A stretch of DNA of 64,000 nt from an uncultured Gemmatimonadales bacterium. Its GTDB lineage: Bacteria; Gemmatimonadota; Gemmatimonadetes; Longimicrobiales; RSA9. Position numbers and translations under genes: made by a program. The first letter of the stretch is position 1; the number at the start of each line of letters is the position of its first letter. Below the pieces are notes generated by a model. The model saw nothing but the letters and a program-made list of their open reading frames with translations, did no database searches and was not told the DNA's origin. Where the stretch lies: positions 256,001 through 320,000 of the forward strand of contig CAWCRS010000007.1 in the NCBI GenBank assembly GCA_963798085.1, written 5' to 3'. Shown piece after piece: positions 47,922-57,249 of the stretch.

Positions 47922-49605
47922 GGCCGACACGTACGACGCCATTGTGGTGGGCTCGGGCATCAGCGGTGGCTGGGCCGCGAAGGAGCTGACGGAGCGCGGC
48001 CTGCGCACGCTCGTGCTCGAAGCCGGCCGCGCCATCGATCCCGCGAAGGACTTCTGCGAGCACGTGCAGCCGTACGAGATGCATTTCCGCGGCTGGGGCG
48101 ACCGCAAGGTGCTGGAGCGCGATCATCCCATCCAGAGCGAGTGTTACGCGTGCGACGAGCTGGGTCAGCGCTTCTTCGTGAACGATCACGAGAATCCCTA
48201 CACCAGCCCGGACAACGCGCCCTTCCGCTGGTTCCGCGGTCGCCAGGTGGGTGGCCGCTCGATCACGTGGGGGCGGCAGGTCTATCGCTGGAGCGATCTC
48301 GACTTCGAGGCCAACGCGAAGGATGGCCACGGCAGCGACTGGCCCATCCGCTACGCGGACATCGCGCCCTGGTACTCACACGTCGAGAAGTTCACAGGTG
48401 TGACCGGCGCGCCCGAGGGTCTGTCGCAGCTGCCCGATGGCGAGTTCCTGCCGGCCATGCCCATGACCGTCGTCGAGCAGATGGCGAGGGAGAAGATCCT
48501 GCAGGCGTTCGGCGGCGAGCGCGTCCTGACCATCGGCCGCGCCGCCATCCTCACGCAGAACCACAACGGCCGCCTGGCCTGCCACTACTGCGGCCCCTGC
48601 GAGCGCGGCTGCATCACGCACTCCTACTTCAACAGCATCGGCAGCACGCTGCCCGCGGCCCGGAAGACCGGCCGGCTCACGCTGCGCCCTAACAGCGTAG
48701 TAGCAGAAGTGCTGTACGATGCGAAGCAGGGTCGGGCGCGCGGCGTGCGCGTCATCGATGCGCTCAGCCGGCAGGACCTGGAGTTCGAGGCCAGGGTCGT
48801 GTTCCTGTGCGCTTCGACCATCGAGAGCATCCGCCTGCTGCTCAACTCGAAGAGCGCGTCCTTCCCGGACGGCATGGCCAATTCCAGCGGCACGCTCGGC
48901 CGCTACGTGATGGACCACCATTACGGATCAGGGGCGGGCGGACGCGTGCCCGGCTATCTCGACCGGCGTACGACCGGCCGGCGCCCGAACGGCATCTACA
49001 TCGCGCGCTTCCGCAACGTGAAGACCGCGCATCCCGATTTCCTGCGCGGCTACGGCATGCAGGGCGGCTCGGGCCGCGACGGCTGGGGCCGCGGCGCCTC
49101 CATGCCGGGCTACGGCGCCGCGTTCAAGCAGTCGCTGATCGACGAGCTGGGGCCGTGGTCGCTTTCCGCTTCCGGCTGGGGCGAGACACTGCCCAACGCG
49201 GACAATCGCGTCACCCTCGATCCCGATGTGCGCGACAAGTGGGGCATCCCTGCGGCGCACATCGATGTGCGCTGGCGTGAGAACGAGCAGGCCATGGATC
49301 GCGACATGCAGACCGCCATGGCGGAAATGCTGGAGGCCGCGGGCTGCACGAATGTTCGCACGCACGGCTCGAACAACCCGCCCGGCCACTGCATTCACGA
49401 AATGGGTGGCGCGCGCATGAGCCGCACCCCGGTCGAAGGTGTGCTCAATTCGTGGAATCAGGCGTGGGACGTGAAGAACCTGTTCGTCACGGATGGCGCG
49501 TGCATGGCGAGCAACGGCTGCCAGAACCCGAGCATCACGTACATGGCGCTCACGGCCAGGGCCGTGGCGCACGCGGTGGATGAAATGAAGCGGGGCGCGC
49601 TATGA
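47914..49605 (+). CDS. GMC flavoprotein, glycoside 3-dehydrogenase-like
   Basis: GSGISGGWAAKEL, VGGRSITWGRQ, CHYCGPCERGC, IHEMGGARM, NPSITYMALTAR. Confidence 0.88.
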   Translation: MRKADTYDAIVVGSGISGGWAAKELTERGLRTLVLEAGRAIDPAKDFCEHVQPYEMHFRGWGDRKVLERDHPIQSECYACDELGQRFFVNDHENPYTSPDNAPFRWFRGRQVGGRSITWGRQVYRWSDLDFEANAKDGHGSDWPIRYADIAPWYSHVEKFTGVTGAPEGLSQLPDGEFLPAMPMTVVEQMAREKILQAFGGERVLTIGRAAILTQNHNGRLACHYCGPCERGCITHSYFNSIGSTLPAARKTGRLTLRPNSVVAEVLYDAKQGRARGVRVIDALSRQDLEFEARVVFLCASTIESIRLLLNSKSASFPDGMANSSGTLGRYVMDHHYGSGAGGRVPGYLDRRTTGRRPNGIYIARFRNVKTAHPDFLRGYGMQGGSGRDGWGRGASMPGYGAAFKQSLIDELGPWSLSASGWGETLPNADNRVTLDPDVRDKWGIPAAHIDVRWRENEQAMDRDMQTAMAEMLEAAGCTNVRTHGSNNPPGHCIHEMGGARMSRTPVEGVLNSWNQAWDVKNLFVTDGACMASNGCQNPSITYMALTARAVAHAVDEMKRGAL

Positions 49606-50457
49606 AGCGGCGGCGGGCGCTGGGCGCACTGGCTGCGGCCGCCGCCTCGAGCACACTGCCCTGGCAGGATGCAGAAGCATTCGCGCCGGCGCGCGGCGCA
49701 GCAGGTCGCCTGAAACAGTCTGTTTCGCGCTGGTGCTACGGCAAGCTGTCACTGGACGCGCTGTGCGCCGCGGCGAAGGACATCGGCCTCGTGGCCATCG
49801 ACCTGCTGGACCAGCAGGACTGGATGACGCCGCGCAAGTACGGGCTGGCCTGCGCCATGGCCAACGGCTTCGGCAGCATCCCGCGCGGCTTCAACCGGCT
49901 GGAGAATCACGATCAGCTGGTGGCGGATGCGGAGAAGATGATCCCGGCCGCGGCCGCGGCGAACGTGCCTAACATCGTGTGCTTCAGCGGCAACCGCGCC
50001 GGGCTCTCCGATGAGGAAGGCATTACCAACTGCATCACCGGCTTCAGGCGGATTACGCCGCTGGCCGAACGCGCGGGTGTCACGCTCTGTCTCGAGCTGC
50101 TCAACAGCAAGGTGGATCACAAGGACTATCAGGCAGACCACAGCGGGTGGGGCGTACGCGTCGTCCAGGGCGTGGGCTCGCCGCGGCTGCGCCTGCTCTA
50201 CGACATCTACCACATGCAGATCATGGAAGGCGATGTGATCCGCACCATCCGCGACCATGCCGCAGTACATCGCACATTTCCACACGGGCGGCGTGCCCGG
50301 CCGCAACGAGATCGATGACACGCAGGAGCTGAACTACCACGCCGTGGCGAGCGCCATAGCCGACACCGGCTACACCGGTTACCTGGCGCACGAGTTCGTG
50401 CCCGCGCGCGACCCGCTGCCGTCGCTGCGGCAGGCGTACGAAATCTGTACGGTATGA
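49602..50457 (+). CDS. Tat-exported xylose-isomerase-like TIM barrel (Hyi family), frameshifted near 50261
   Basis: LKQSVSRWC, ELLNSKVDH, LYDIYHMQ; C-terminal HFHTGGVPGR.E...QELNY in the next frame. Confidence 0.85.
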
Positions 50458-50518
50458 AGCGAACGCGTCGACAGGCGTCCCTGACAGATCCGTCAGTGCG
50501 CAGCGCAGGCGGCTGGTC

Positions 50519-51865
50519 ATGGCGCTGACACCGGAGACGCGCTACGCGCGCAGCGGCGATGTCTACATCGCGTACCAGGTGGTGGGCAACGGCCCGCTCG
50601 ACCTGGTGCTGATTCCGCCGTTCGTCTCGCACCTCGAAGTGTACTGGGAGGAACCCTCGCTGGTGCGCTTCCTCGAGCGGCTCGCTTCCTTCTCCCGACT
50701 CATCCTGTTCGACAAGCGCGGCACCGGTCTGTCCGACCGCGTCGCGGAACACGCGCTGCCGGATCTCACGGATCGCATGGACGACGTGCGCGCGATCCTC
50801 GATGCGGTGGGTTCGAAACGCGCGGCGCTGCTCGGTCCGTCCGAGGGTGGGCCCATGGCTGCGCTCTTCGCCGCAACCTATCCGGAGCGCACCTCGGCGC
50901 TGATCCTGTACGGTACCTTCGCCAGCACGATCCGCGATGCGACGTATCCGTGGGCCATGGCGGCGGAAGACCGGAGTCGCATCATCGAGACGATTCCGGC
51001 GACGTGGGGCCGCGGCCAGTACGTGGATCTGCTGGCGCCCAGCCTGAGCGACGACCAGCGCTTCCGCGACTGGTGGGCACGGCTCGAACGCATGGGCGCG
51101 AGCCCCAGCGCCGCCCGCGCGCTCCGTCGCATGAACGGGCAGATCGATCTGCGCTCCGTGCTGTCGGCGATTCGCGTGCCCACGCTGGTGCTGCACCGTA
51201 CCGGTGATCGCGATTCGTCCATCGAGGAAGGCCGCTACCTGGCCGAGCACATCCCGGGTGCGCGGTTCGTCGAGCTGAGCGGCAACGATCACCTGCCCTG
51301 GGCCGGCGATCAGGATGCGATCCTCGACGAGGTCGAGGAATTCCTCACCGGTGTACGCCAGGGCCCCGAGATCGATCGCGTGCTGGCCACCGTGCTGTTC
51401 TCGGACATCGTAGGCTCCACCGAAATGGCGGTGCAGCTGGGCAACCAGGAATACCGCACACTGCTGGAGAGCTACTACAGTACCGTGCGCCGTGATCTCG
51501 TGCGTTTTCGCGGGCGCGAGCTGGACACGGCGGGCGATGGCTTCTTCGCCACGTTCGATGGTCCCGCGCGCGGCATCCGCTGCGCCTGCATGACGCGCGA
51601 TGCGCTGCAGACGATCGGCATCCGCATCCGCGCCGGGCTGCACACCGGCGAATGCGAGGTTGTGCAGGACCGGCTCGTGGGTGTCGCGTTGCACATCGGC
51701 GCGCGCGTAGCGGCGCACGCGGCGCCCGGCGAAGTGCTGGTGTCGAGCACGGTCAAGGACCTGGTCGCCGGTTCCGGCATCCAGTTCCAGGATCGTGGCA
51801 CGCACAGCCTGAAGGGCGTGCCCGGCGAGTGGCGCCTGTTCGCGGCCACGCAGGAAATGGCCTGA
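50519..51865 (+). CDS. Alpha/beta hydrolase fused to class III adenylate/guanylate cyclase (LipJ-like)
   Basis: FDKRGTGLSD, GPSEGG, FSDIVGST, AGDG, GLHTGE, LKGVP. Confidence 0.9.
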   Translation: MALTPETRYARSGDVYIAYQVVGNGPLDLVLIPPFVSHLEVYWEEPSLVRFLERLASFSRLILFDKRGTGLSDRVAEHALPDLTDRMDDVRAILDAVGSKRAALLGPSEGGPMAALFAATYPERTSALILYGTFASTIRDATYPWAMAAEDRSRIIETIPATWGRGQYVDLLAPSLSDDQRFRDWWARLERMGASPSAARALRRMNGQIDLRSVLSAIRVPTLVLHRTGDRDSSIEEGRYLAEHIPGARFVELSGNDHLPWAGDQDAILDEVEEFLTGVRQGPEIDRVLATVLFSDIVGSTEMAVQLGNQEYRTLLESYYSTVRRDLVRFRGRELDTAGDGFFATFDGPARGIRCACMTRDALQTIGIRIRAGLHTGECEVVQDRLVGVALHIGARVAAHAAPGEVLVSSTVKDLVAGSGIQFQDRGTHSLKGVPGEWRLFAATQEMA

Positions 51866-51899
51866 CGTTCAGGAACCATCGCTCATCCCGCGGCACAGG

Positions 51900-51947
51900 T
51901 TGACAGGCGCGCGCCGTTGCGTACCTCTGCTCTAACACATTGTTCGA
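51900..51947 (+). promoter_or_regulatory. Sigma70-like promoter plus downstream imperfect palindrome
   Basis: TTGACA (51900-51905), N16, TACCTC; then TCTAACA-cat-TGTTCGA (51931-51947). Confidence 0.45.
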
Positions 51948-51956
51948 GGGTGCGGA

Positions 51957-53321
51957 ATGATGGACATGCAGACGATTCTGGAACGCGCGGCGTCGGAGCA
52001 CCTGCGCCTGGTGCGGTTCCTCTACTGCGACACCGGCGGCATCATACGCGGCAAGGCTTCGCACGTGCACGGGCTGGCGCAGCGCATGCAGGAAGGCATT
52101 GGCCAGAGCCTTGCCCTGCAGGCCTTCGCGTCTGTCGACCAGCTCGCGTCCGTCGAGGGCATGGCGCCGGTCGGCGAGTTCCGCCTGGTGCCGGATCCCG
52201 ACAGCTTCGTCGTACTGCCCTACGCGCCCAGCAGCGGCATGATGCTGTGCGATATGCTGACCATGGACCGCACGCCGTGGGAAGCCTGCCCGCGCAGCTT
52301 CCTGAAGCGCGTGCTCGCGGGTGCCGCACAACTGGGCATCGTGGCACAGGCCGCGGTGGAACACGAGTTCTATCTGGTGCGCGAAACACAGGTCGGCTAC
52401 GAACCCATCGATCGCAGCCTGTGCTACAGCAGCATCGGCTTCGATTCCTCCGCGCGCATCATCGACGATCTCATTGCCGCACTCGAAGCGCAGGACATGC
52501 AGGTGGAGCAGTTCATGCCCGAGCTGGGGCCGGCACAGCAGGAGCTGTCCATCCGCCATGCCGATGCGCTGCGCGCGGCGGACAACACGTTGCGGGTGCG
52601 CGAGACGGCGCGAGGTGTGGCGCAGCAGCACGGCGTCATCGCCTCCTTCGCCGCCAAGCCGTTCCTCGATCAGGCGGGCAGCGGTGCGCACATTCACCTG
52701 AGCCTCTGGGGCGCGCCCGGCACCACGCACGCGGGCGAAAACCTGTTCCATGATGCCAACGGCCGCGGCGGACTGAGCCCGCTGTGTTATCACTTCATGG
52801 GTGGCGTACTGGCGCACCTGCCCGCGCTGCTGGCGCTGACCTGCGGCAGCGTCAACTCCTACCGCAGGCTGCTGCCGCACTTCTGGAGCTCGGCGTACAC
52901 GGCGTGGGGCTTCGACAACCGCGAGGGCGCGATCCGTGTGCCATCACGGTTCTGGGGCCGCGAGGCGGAGTCGACTAACCTCGAGTTGAAGCCGGCCGAT
53001 CACAGCGGCAATCCCTACCTCGCACTGGGCGGCCTCCTCGCCGCCGGCCTGGATGGCATTGCCCGCCAGCTCGATCCGGGCGAGCCCGTGGACGTCGATC
53101 CCGGCAACCTGACCGAGCACGAACGGTCCAGCCGCGGCATCAAGCCGCTGCCCGGCAGCCTGGAGACGGCGCTCAACGCGCTCGAGGCCGATGCCGTGCT
53201 CACGCAGGCGCTGGGTCCGCTGCTCACCCGCGCCTACCTCGCCGTCAAGCGGCTCGAAGTCGCGTACTTCGCGGACAAGCCGCCCGAGGAAGACGCGCGT
53301 CAGCACCTGTACAAGTACTGA
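51957..53321 (+). CDS. Glutamine synthetase-like protein (probable gamma-glutamyl ligase)
   Basis: IRGK, EHEFYL, ELGPAQQE, GSGAHIHLS, DNREGAIRV, NPYL. Confidence 0.85.
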   Translation: MMDMQTILERAASEHLRLVRFLYCDTGGIIRGKASHVHGLAQRMQEGIGQSLALQAFASVDQLASVEGMAPVGEFRLVPDPDSFVVLPYAPSSGMMLCDMLTMDRTPWEACPRSFLKRVLAGAAQLGIVAQAAVEHEFYLVRETQVGYEPIDRSLCYSSIGFDSSARIIDDLIAALEAQDMQVEQFMPELGPAQQELSIRHADALRAADNTLRVRETARGVAQQHGVIASFAAKPFLDQAGSGAHIHLSLWGAPGTTHAGENLFHDANGRGGLSPLCYHFMGGVLAHLPALLALTCGSVNSYRRLLPHFWSSAYTAWGFDNREGAIRVPSRFWGREAESTNLELKPADHSGNPYLALGGLLAAGLDGIARQLDPGEPVDVDPGNLTEHERSSRGIKPLPGSLETALNALEADAVLTQALGPLLTRAYLAVKRLEVAYFADKPPEEDARQHLYKY

Positions 53322-53371
53322 GGCGGCTTCCGTCCTGACAGAACGTTAACGCTGGCAGAATTCTGGCAACA

Positions 53372-55531
53372 ATGCTTTTCGCAGTGTTCGTCGTCATGCA
53401 GCTGGCAGGCAGCGACTCCACGTACTCGAGCCCCGGACTGCGGCAGCTCGTGGCCGAGGCCGCGGCGGCGAACCGCGTACCCCGCGAACTCGCCGGTTAT
53501 CAGGCCCGTCTGGAAAGCGAGCTCGCCCGGCTCGTACCCGATGCGCGCGGCCTGGAGCATGTCACGCAGCTGGAGCAGGTGGCGAGCACGTTCCGCTGGA
53601 CTCGCGACGGCGAGCTGGAGCAGCACATCGTCGGCTACCGCTCCCGGGGCGAGCTGACGCTCTCCACGCTCACTCTGCTGCGCCGGCCCTGGGCGCTGCC
53701 CACACTGTACGGCAATCGCCTGAATATGGTGTTCGCCTCACGTGCGAAGACGCCGCCGGACAGCGCGCACCTGAGCATTGCCGTGCACCCGCTGGCGGAG
53801 GACCGCGATTCCGTGTATCGCTTCAGCGGCGGTGACACGGTGCTGGTCCTGCACCTGAGCGGCCGCTCCATCCCGCTGGTGCGGGTGCGCGTCACACCCC
53901 GGCCGACGGAATGGCACACGACCCAGCGGCTGCTGCTGTTCCGCGGCGACCTGTTCATCGATGCGGAGCGCAAACAGATCGTTCGCATGCGCGGCCAGCT
54001 GGACATTGTGGATCGGCACCCGTCGCTGGCCAGTCGCGTGCTGGGATTCGCCGTGCGTGCCTACCTCTTCATGGATGTGATCGACGCCGAGTTCGAGCAG
54101 CGTTACTGGCTGCCCACGTACCAGCGCATTGAATTGCACTTCGGCTCCAGCCTTTCCGAGAACTTCCGGCCCGTCTTCCGCGTGGTCACGCGCTTCCGCG
54201 ATCAGCAGGTGGACACCGGCACGGTCGCCGCCTTCGCGCAGCTGGACGCGGCTGCCGCGGACACGAGCGATGAGCTGAGCTTCGCGCCGGGCGACAGTGT
54301 CGATGCGTTCCACGGCTGGCAGGGCGAAATCGGCGCGGAAGCGGCGGCGGTCACAGCGTCGGATTTCGACAATGTGGCGTCGCACGTAATCACGGTCACG
54401 GGGCGGCCCCGCCTGGACTGGAGCGCGCAGCATCTGTTCGACGTCTTCCGCTACGACAAGATCGAGGGCATGTACACGGGCGCGGGCGCGCGACTGCGCT
54501 TTCGCGATGCGGCGCCCGGACTCTCGCTCGTCGGACACGCGGGCTGGGCATGGGCCGAGCAGACCGCGCGCGGCGGGACGGAGCTGCGCTGGCAGCGGGA
54601 CCGCTGGCAGCTCGCGCTGGGCGCCCGCCGCGAGCTGGACAACACCAACGATTTCGTGCCCGTGCTCGAGGGGCCCGCCACGTTCGGCGCCGCGCTGGTC
54701 AGCATTGACGACTACGACTACGTCGCCCGCACGGGTGCCGGCCTCTCGGTGGTGCGTGCGCTGGACGTACGCCAGCGCCGCACGCTGCGCCTGGAAATCG
54801 GCCCGGCACGCGATGCCGCCGTGCACACGCACATGCGACGCGGGCTCCTGCTCCCCGACTCCGTGTTCCGCGCTAACCGTGTGGTAGCGGAAGGCGGGTA
54901 TGTGCGCGAAGCCGTGACGCTGGACATCAATCCCGCGGTGAGCGGCGATTTCCTCGAGCCGGGGGTCGGTTTCGCGCTGGCGTACCAGCGGGCGGCCGGG
55001 CAGTTGCGCTGGCAGCGCGTGGACACGCACATGAGCGCGCGGCACGGCCTGGGCCGGTTCACAGTGTCAGGACGCGCGGACGCGGCCGCACTCTTCGGCG
55101 GCTCGCCGCCGCAGCAGGTCATCGAGTTCGGCGAGAATGAGGGCATGCCGGGATACGGCTACAAGGAATTCGGCGGTGACCGCGCGCTGCTGCTGCGCGG
55201 GTCGCTGCGCTACTCGCTGCCCTGGCTGACCACGCCCATTCGACTGCGCCACCGGCTCACGCTGCCCGGCGCGGCGCCAACACTGGTCGCGGCTATCCAG
55301 GGTGGCTGGGCCGAGGCCACAGCACCGGAAACGCGCGCCGCGCTCGCTTCGTTCGGCTACCGCGCCAATGCGGCCGGCCGCCTCGTTCTGAACACGCGAC
55401 CCACGGATGGCGCACGCGCCAGCGTCGCCTTCTCGGTCGACTTCTTCGGCGGCTCGTTCGGTGTGGGTGTGGCGCGACCCATCGATCACGCGGCGAGGTG
55501 GATGCTGATCCTGGGATCCGCGCAGTTCTGA
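53372..55531 (+). CDS. Hypothetical outer-membrane protein (N-terminal periplasmic region plus beta-barrel)
   Basis: 719 aa; amphipathic strands in the C-terminal half; RYDKIEG; C-terminal Phe. Confidence 0.65.
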   Translation: MLFAVFVVMQLAGSDSTYSSPGLRQLVAEAAAANRVPRELAGYQARLESELARLVPDARGLEHVTQLEQVASTFRWTRDGELEQHIVGYRSRGELTLSTLTLLRRPWALPTLYGNRLNMVFASRAKTPPDSAHLSIAVHPLAEDRDSVYRFSGGDTVLVLHLSGRSIPLVRVRVTPRPTEWHTTQRLLLFRGDLFIDAERKQIVRMRGQLDIVDRHPSLASRVLGFAVRAYLFMDVIDAEFEQRYWLPTYQRIELHFGSSLSENFRPVFRVVTRFRDQQVDTGTVAAFAQLDAAAADTSDELSFAPGDSVDAFHGWQGEIGAEAAAVTASDFDNVASHVITVTGRPRLDWSAQHLFDVFRYDKIEGMYTGAGARLRFRDAAPGLSLVGHAGWAWAEQTARGGTELRWQRDRWQLALGARRELDNTNDFVPVLEGPATFGAALVSIDDYDYVARTGAGLSVVRALDVRQRRTLRLEIGPARDAAVHTHMRRGLLLPDSVFRANRVVAEGGYVREAVTLDINPAVSGDFLEPGVGFALAYQRAAGQLRWQRVDTHMSARHGLGRFTVSGRADAAALFGGSPPQQVIEFGENEGMPGYGYKEFGGDRALLLRGSLRYSLPWLTTPIRLRHRLTLPGAAPTLVAAIQGGWAEATAPETRAALASFGYRANAAGRLVLNTRPTDGARASVAFSVDFFGGSFGVGVARPIDHAARWMLILGSAQF

Positions 55532-55538
55532 TGTTGCG

Positions 55539-56300
55539 TCATGCGCCGCGCACGCGGCCCTCGAAGTCTTCCTCCCGGTACTCGTGCGCGTTGCGCTTCC
55601 CGGGCTCCCTGCTCGACTTCCGCCTGGCGCAGCTCGACCCGCCTGATCTTGCCCGACACCGTCTTGGGCAGGTCGCGGAATTCGTAACACACCGTTGTCC
55701 GCAATCCGGCGCAGCATCTGCGCCGGATCGGAACGATCGTAACCCGGAACGAACAGTGTCGCCCCCGCATTCCACGGTGCGAAGAAGCTGCTCCACGCGT
55801 GTTTGGCCCAGCCGGGCGAGCTGATGTTGAGATGGATGTCGTCCTCCTGCAGGCCGATCCAGTACATGGTGGACAGGTGTCCCACCGGGTAGCTCTGGTT
55901 GCAGCACGAGCTTGGGTCGCGATCGCGTGCCGGAAGTGAAGTACAGGAGCAGCGGATCCGTGGCGAGCGTCTCGCCCTCGGGCGTGAAGTGGCTGTCGTG
56001 CTCGTGCGCCCGCTCGAACGGGATCCAGCCCGTTGCCGTGCCGTCCACGACGATGCGTTTGAGACTGCTGCTCCTCGCCGCAAACTTGCCTGTCTGATCC
56101 GCCGCGACGACGAGGTGTGTGATGTGGCCGCGCTCCAGGCGGTCGCGCAGGTCATCGTGGACCAGCAGTGTGGTAGCCGGAACAATGATCGCGCCCAGCT
56201 TCATGGCGGCCAGCATGATCTCCCAGAGCGGCACGGTGTTGGGCAGCATGAGCAGCACCTGATCACCTCGCCGCATGCCCTGCGCGCGCAGGAAGAATCC
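55539..56300 (-). pseudogene. Degraded acyl-CoA synthetase (AMP-binding) gene
   Basis: LLYFTSGT..PK, SYPVGHLSTMYWIG, SPGWAKHAWS, LPKTVSGKIRRVELR and EYREEDF lie in different frames. N-terminus and a large central part are missing. Confidence 0.85.
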
Positions 56301-56448
56301 CACATCCCAGCCGCCGCCCCCATGCATCGCCACGCCAGTTCAAACCGGGCGTTGCGCAGCGGCATCCCAGTGATGTGAACGCGCCGAGCCTTCGCCCGGC
56401 GAGCGCATCGCACTGTCGCCTGCCGCACGCGTGCCGCAAGGAGGATCC

Positions 56449-57099
56449 ATGCCGAGGAGATGGTTGGGTTGTGTGCTGTCCGGATTGCTGCTGGCGCCCC
56501 TGATTGCGGCATGGCCGGGAGGCTGGGCCGCGATCACGGTCGAGCAACTGCCGGACTACATCGTGGCGCAACAGCCGGTAACACTGACGTTCACGGTGCG
56601 CCAGCACGGTGTTACCCTGCTCGACGACCTGAAACCGGTCGTAGTGGCGAGAATGGCGGGCAGCGAAGTACAGGCGACGACCGCAAAGGCGAGGCAGAGC
56701 GGACAATACACCGCCACGTTCACACCGCCGCGCACAGGGGAGTGGACCATCGCCATTCACAGCGGCTTCGGCAACAGCAGAGTCACGCTGCTGCCCATCG
56801 AGGCCGTGGCGGCGGGATCACAACCCGCCACGCGGCTGGCCGAATTCGAGCGCGGTCGCAGACTCTTTGTCGCCAAGGGCTGCCTCACCTGCCACGTGCA
56901 CGGCCAGGTGGAGGGATCCGGCGTCGTGGCTGTTGGACCTGACCTGACAGAACGGCGCTTCGCTGCGGCATACCTCAGACGCTGGCTGGCGAACCCGGCG
57001 GCGGCTGCGCAGACGGCTGCACCTGCGACGATGCCGAACCTGCGACTCTCGCCCGCGGAGATCGAGTCCCTCATCGCCTTCATCAACACCGACTGGTAG
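56449..57099 (+). CDS. Exported monoheme cytochrome c with N-terminal Ig-like (YtkA/FixH-like) domain
   Basis: Signal peptide, CLTCH, GPDLT, TMPNL; RBS ggagg. Confidence 0.8.
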   Translation: MPRRWLGCVLSGLLLAPLIAAWPGGWAAITVEQLPDYIVAQQPVTLTFTVRQHGVTLLDDLKPVVVARMAGSEVQATTAKARQSGQYTATFTPPRTGEWTIAIHSGFGNSRVTLLPIEAVAAGSQPATRLAEFERGRRLFVAKGCLTCHVHGQVEGSGVVAVGPDLTERRFAAAYLRRWLANPAAAAQTAAPATMPNLRLSPAEIESLIAFINTDW

Positions 57100-57249
57100 T
57101 CGCAGCCCGCGAGCCGTTCACGGCTCGAGCCCTTCGCGTTTGCGGTCCCGGGCCTGGCTTGGGATGCGGGTGCAGCCCGTCCTGCGCGAGACGACGGCTG
57201 CGCCCGCAACGCATCCATTGGGAGAGCTGCTCCACTGCAGGAGCCGAGA

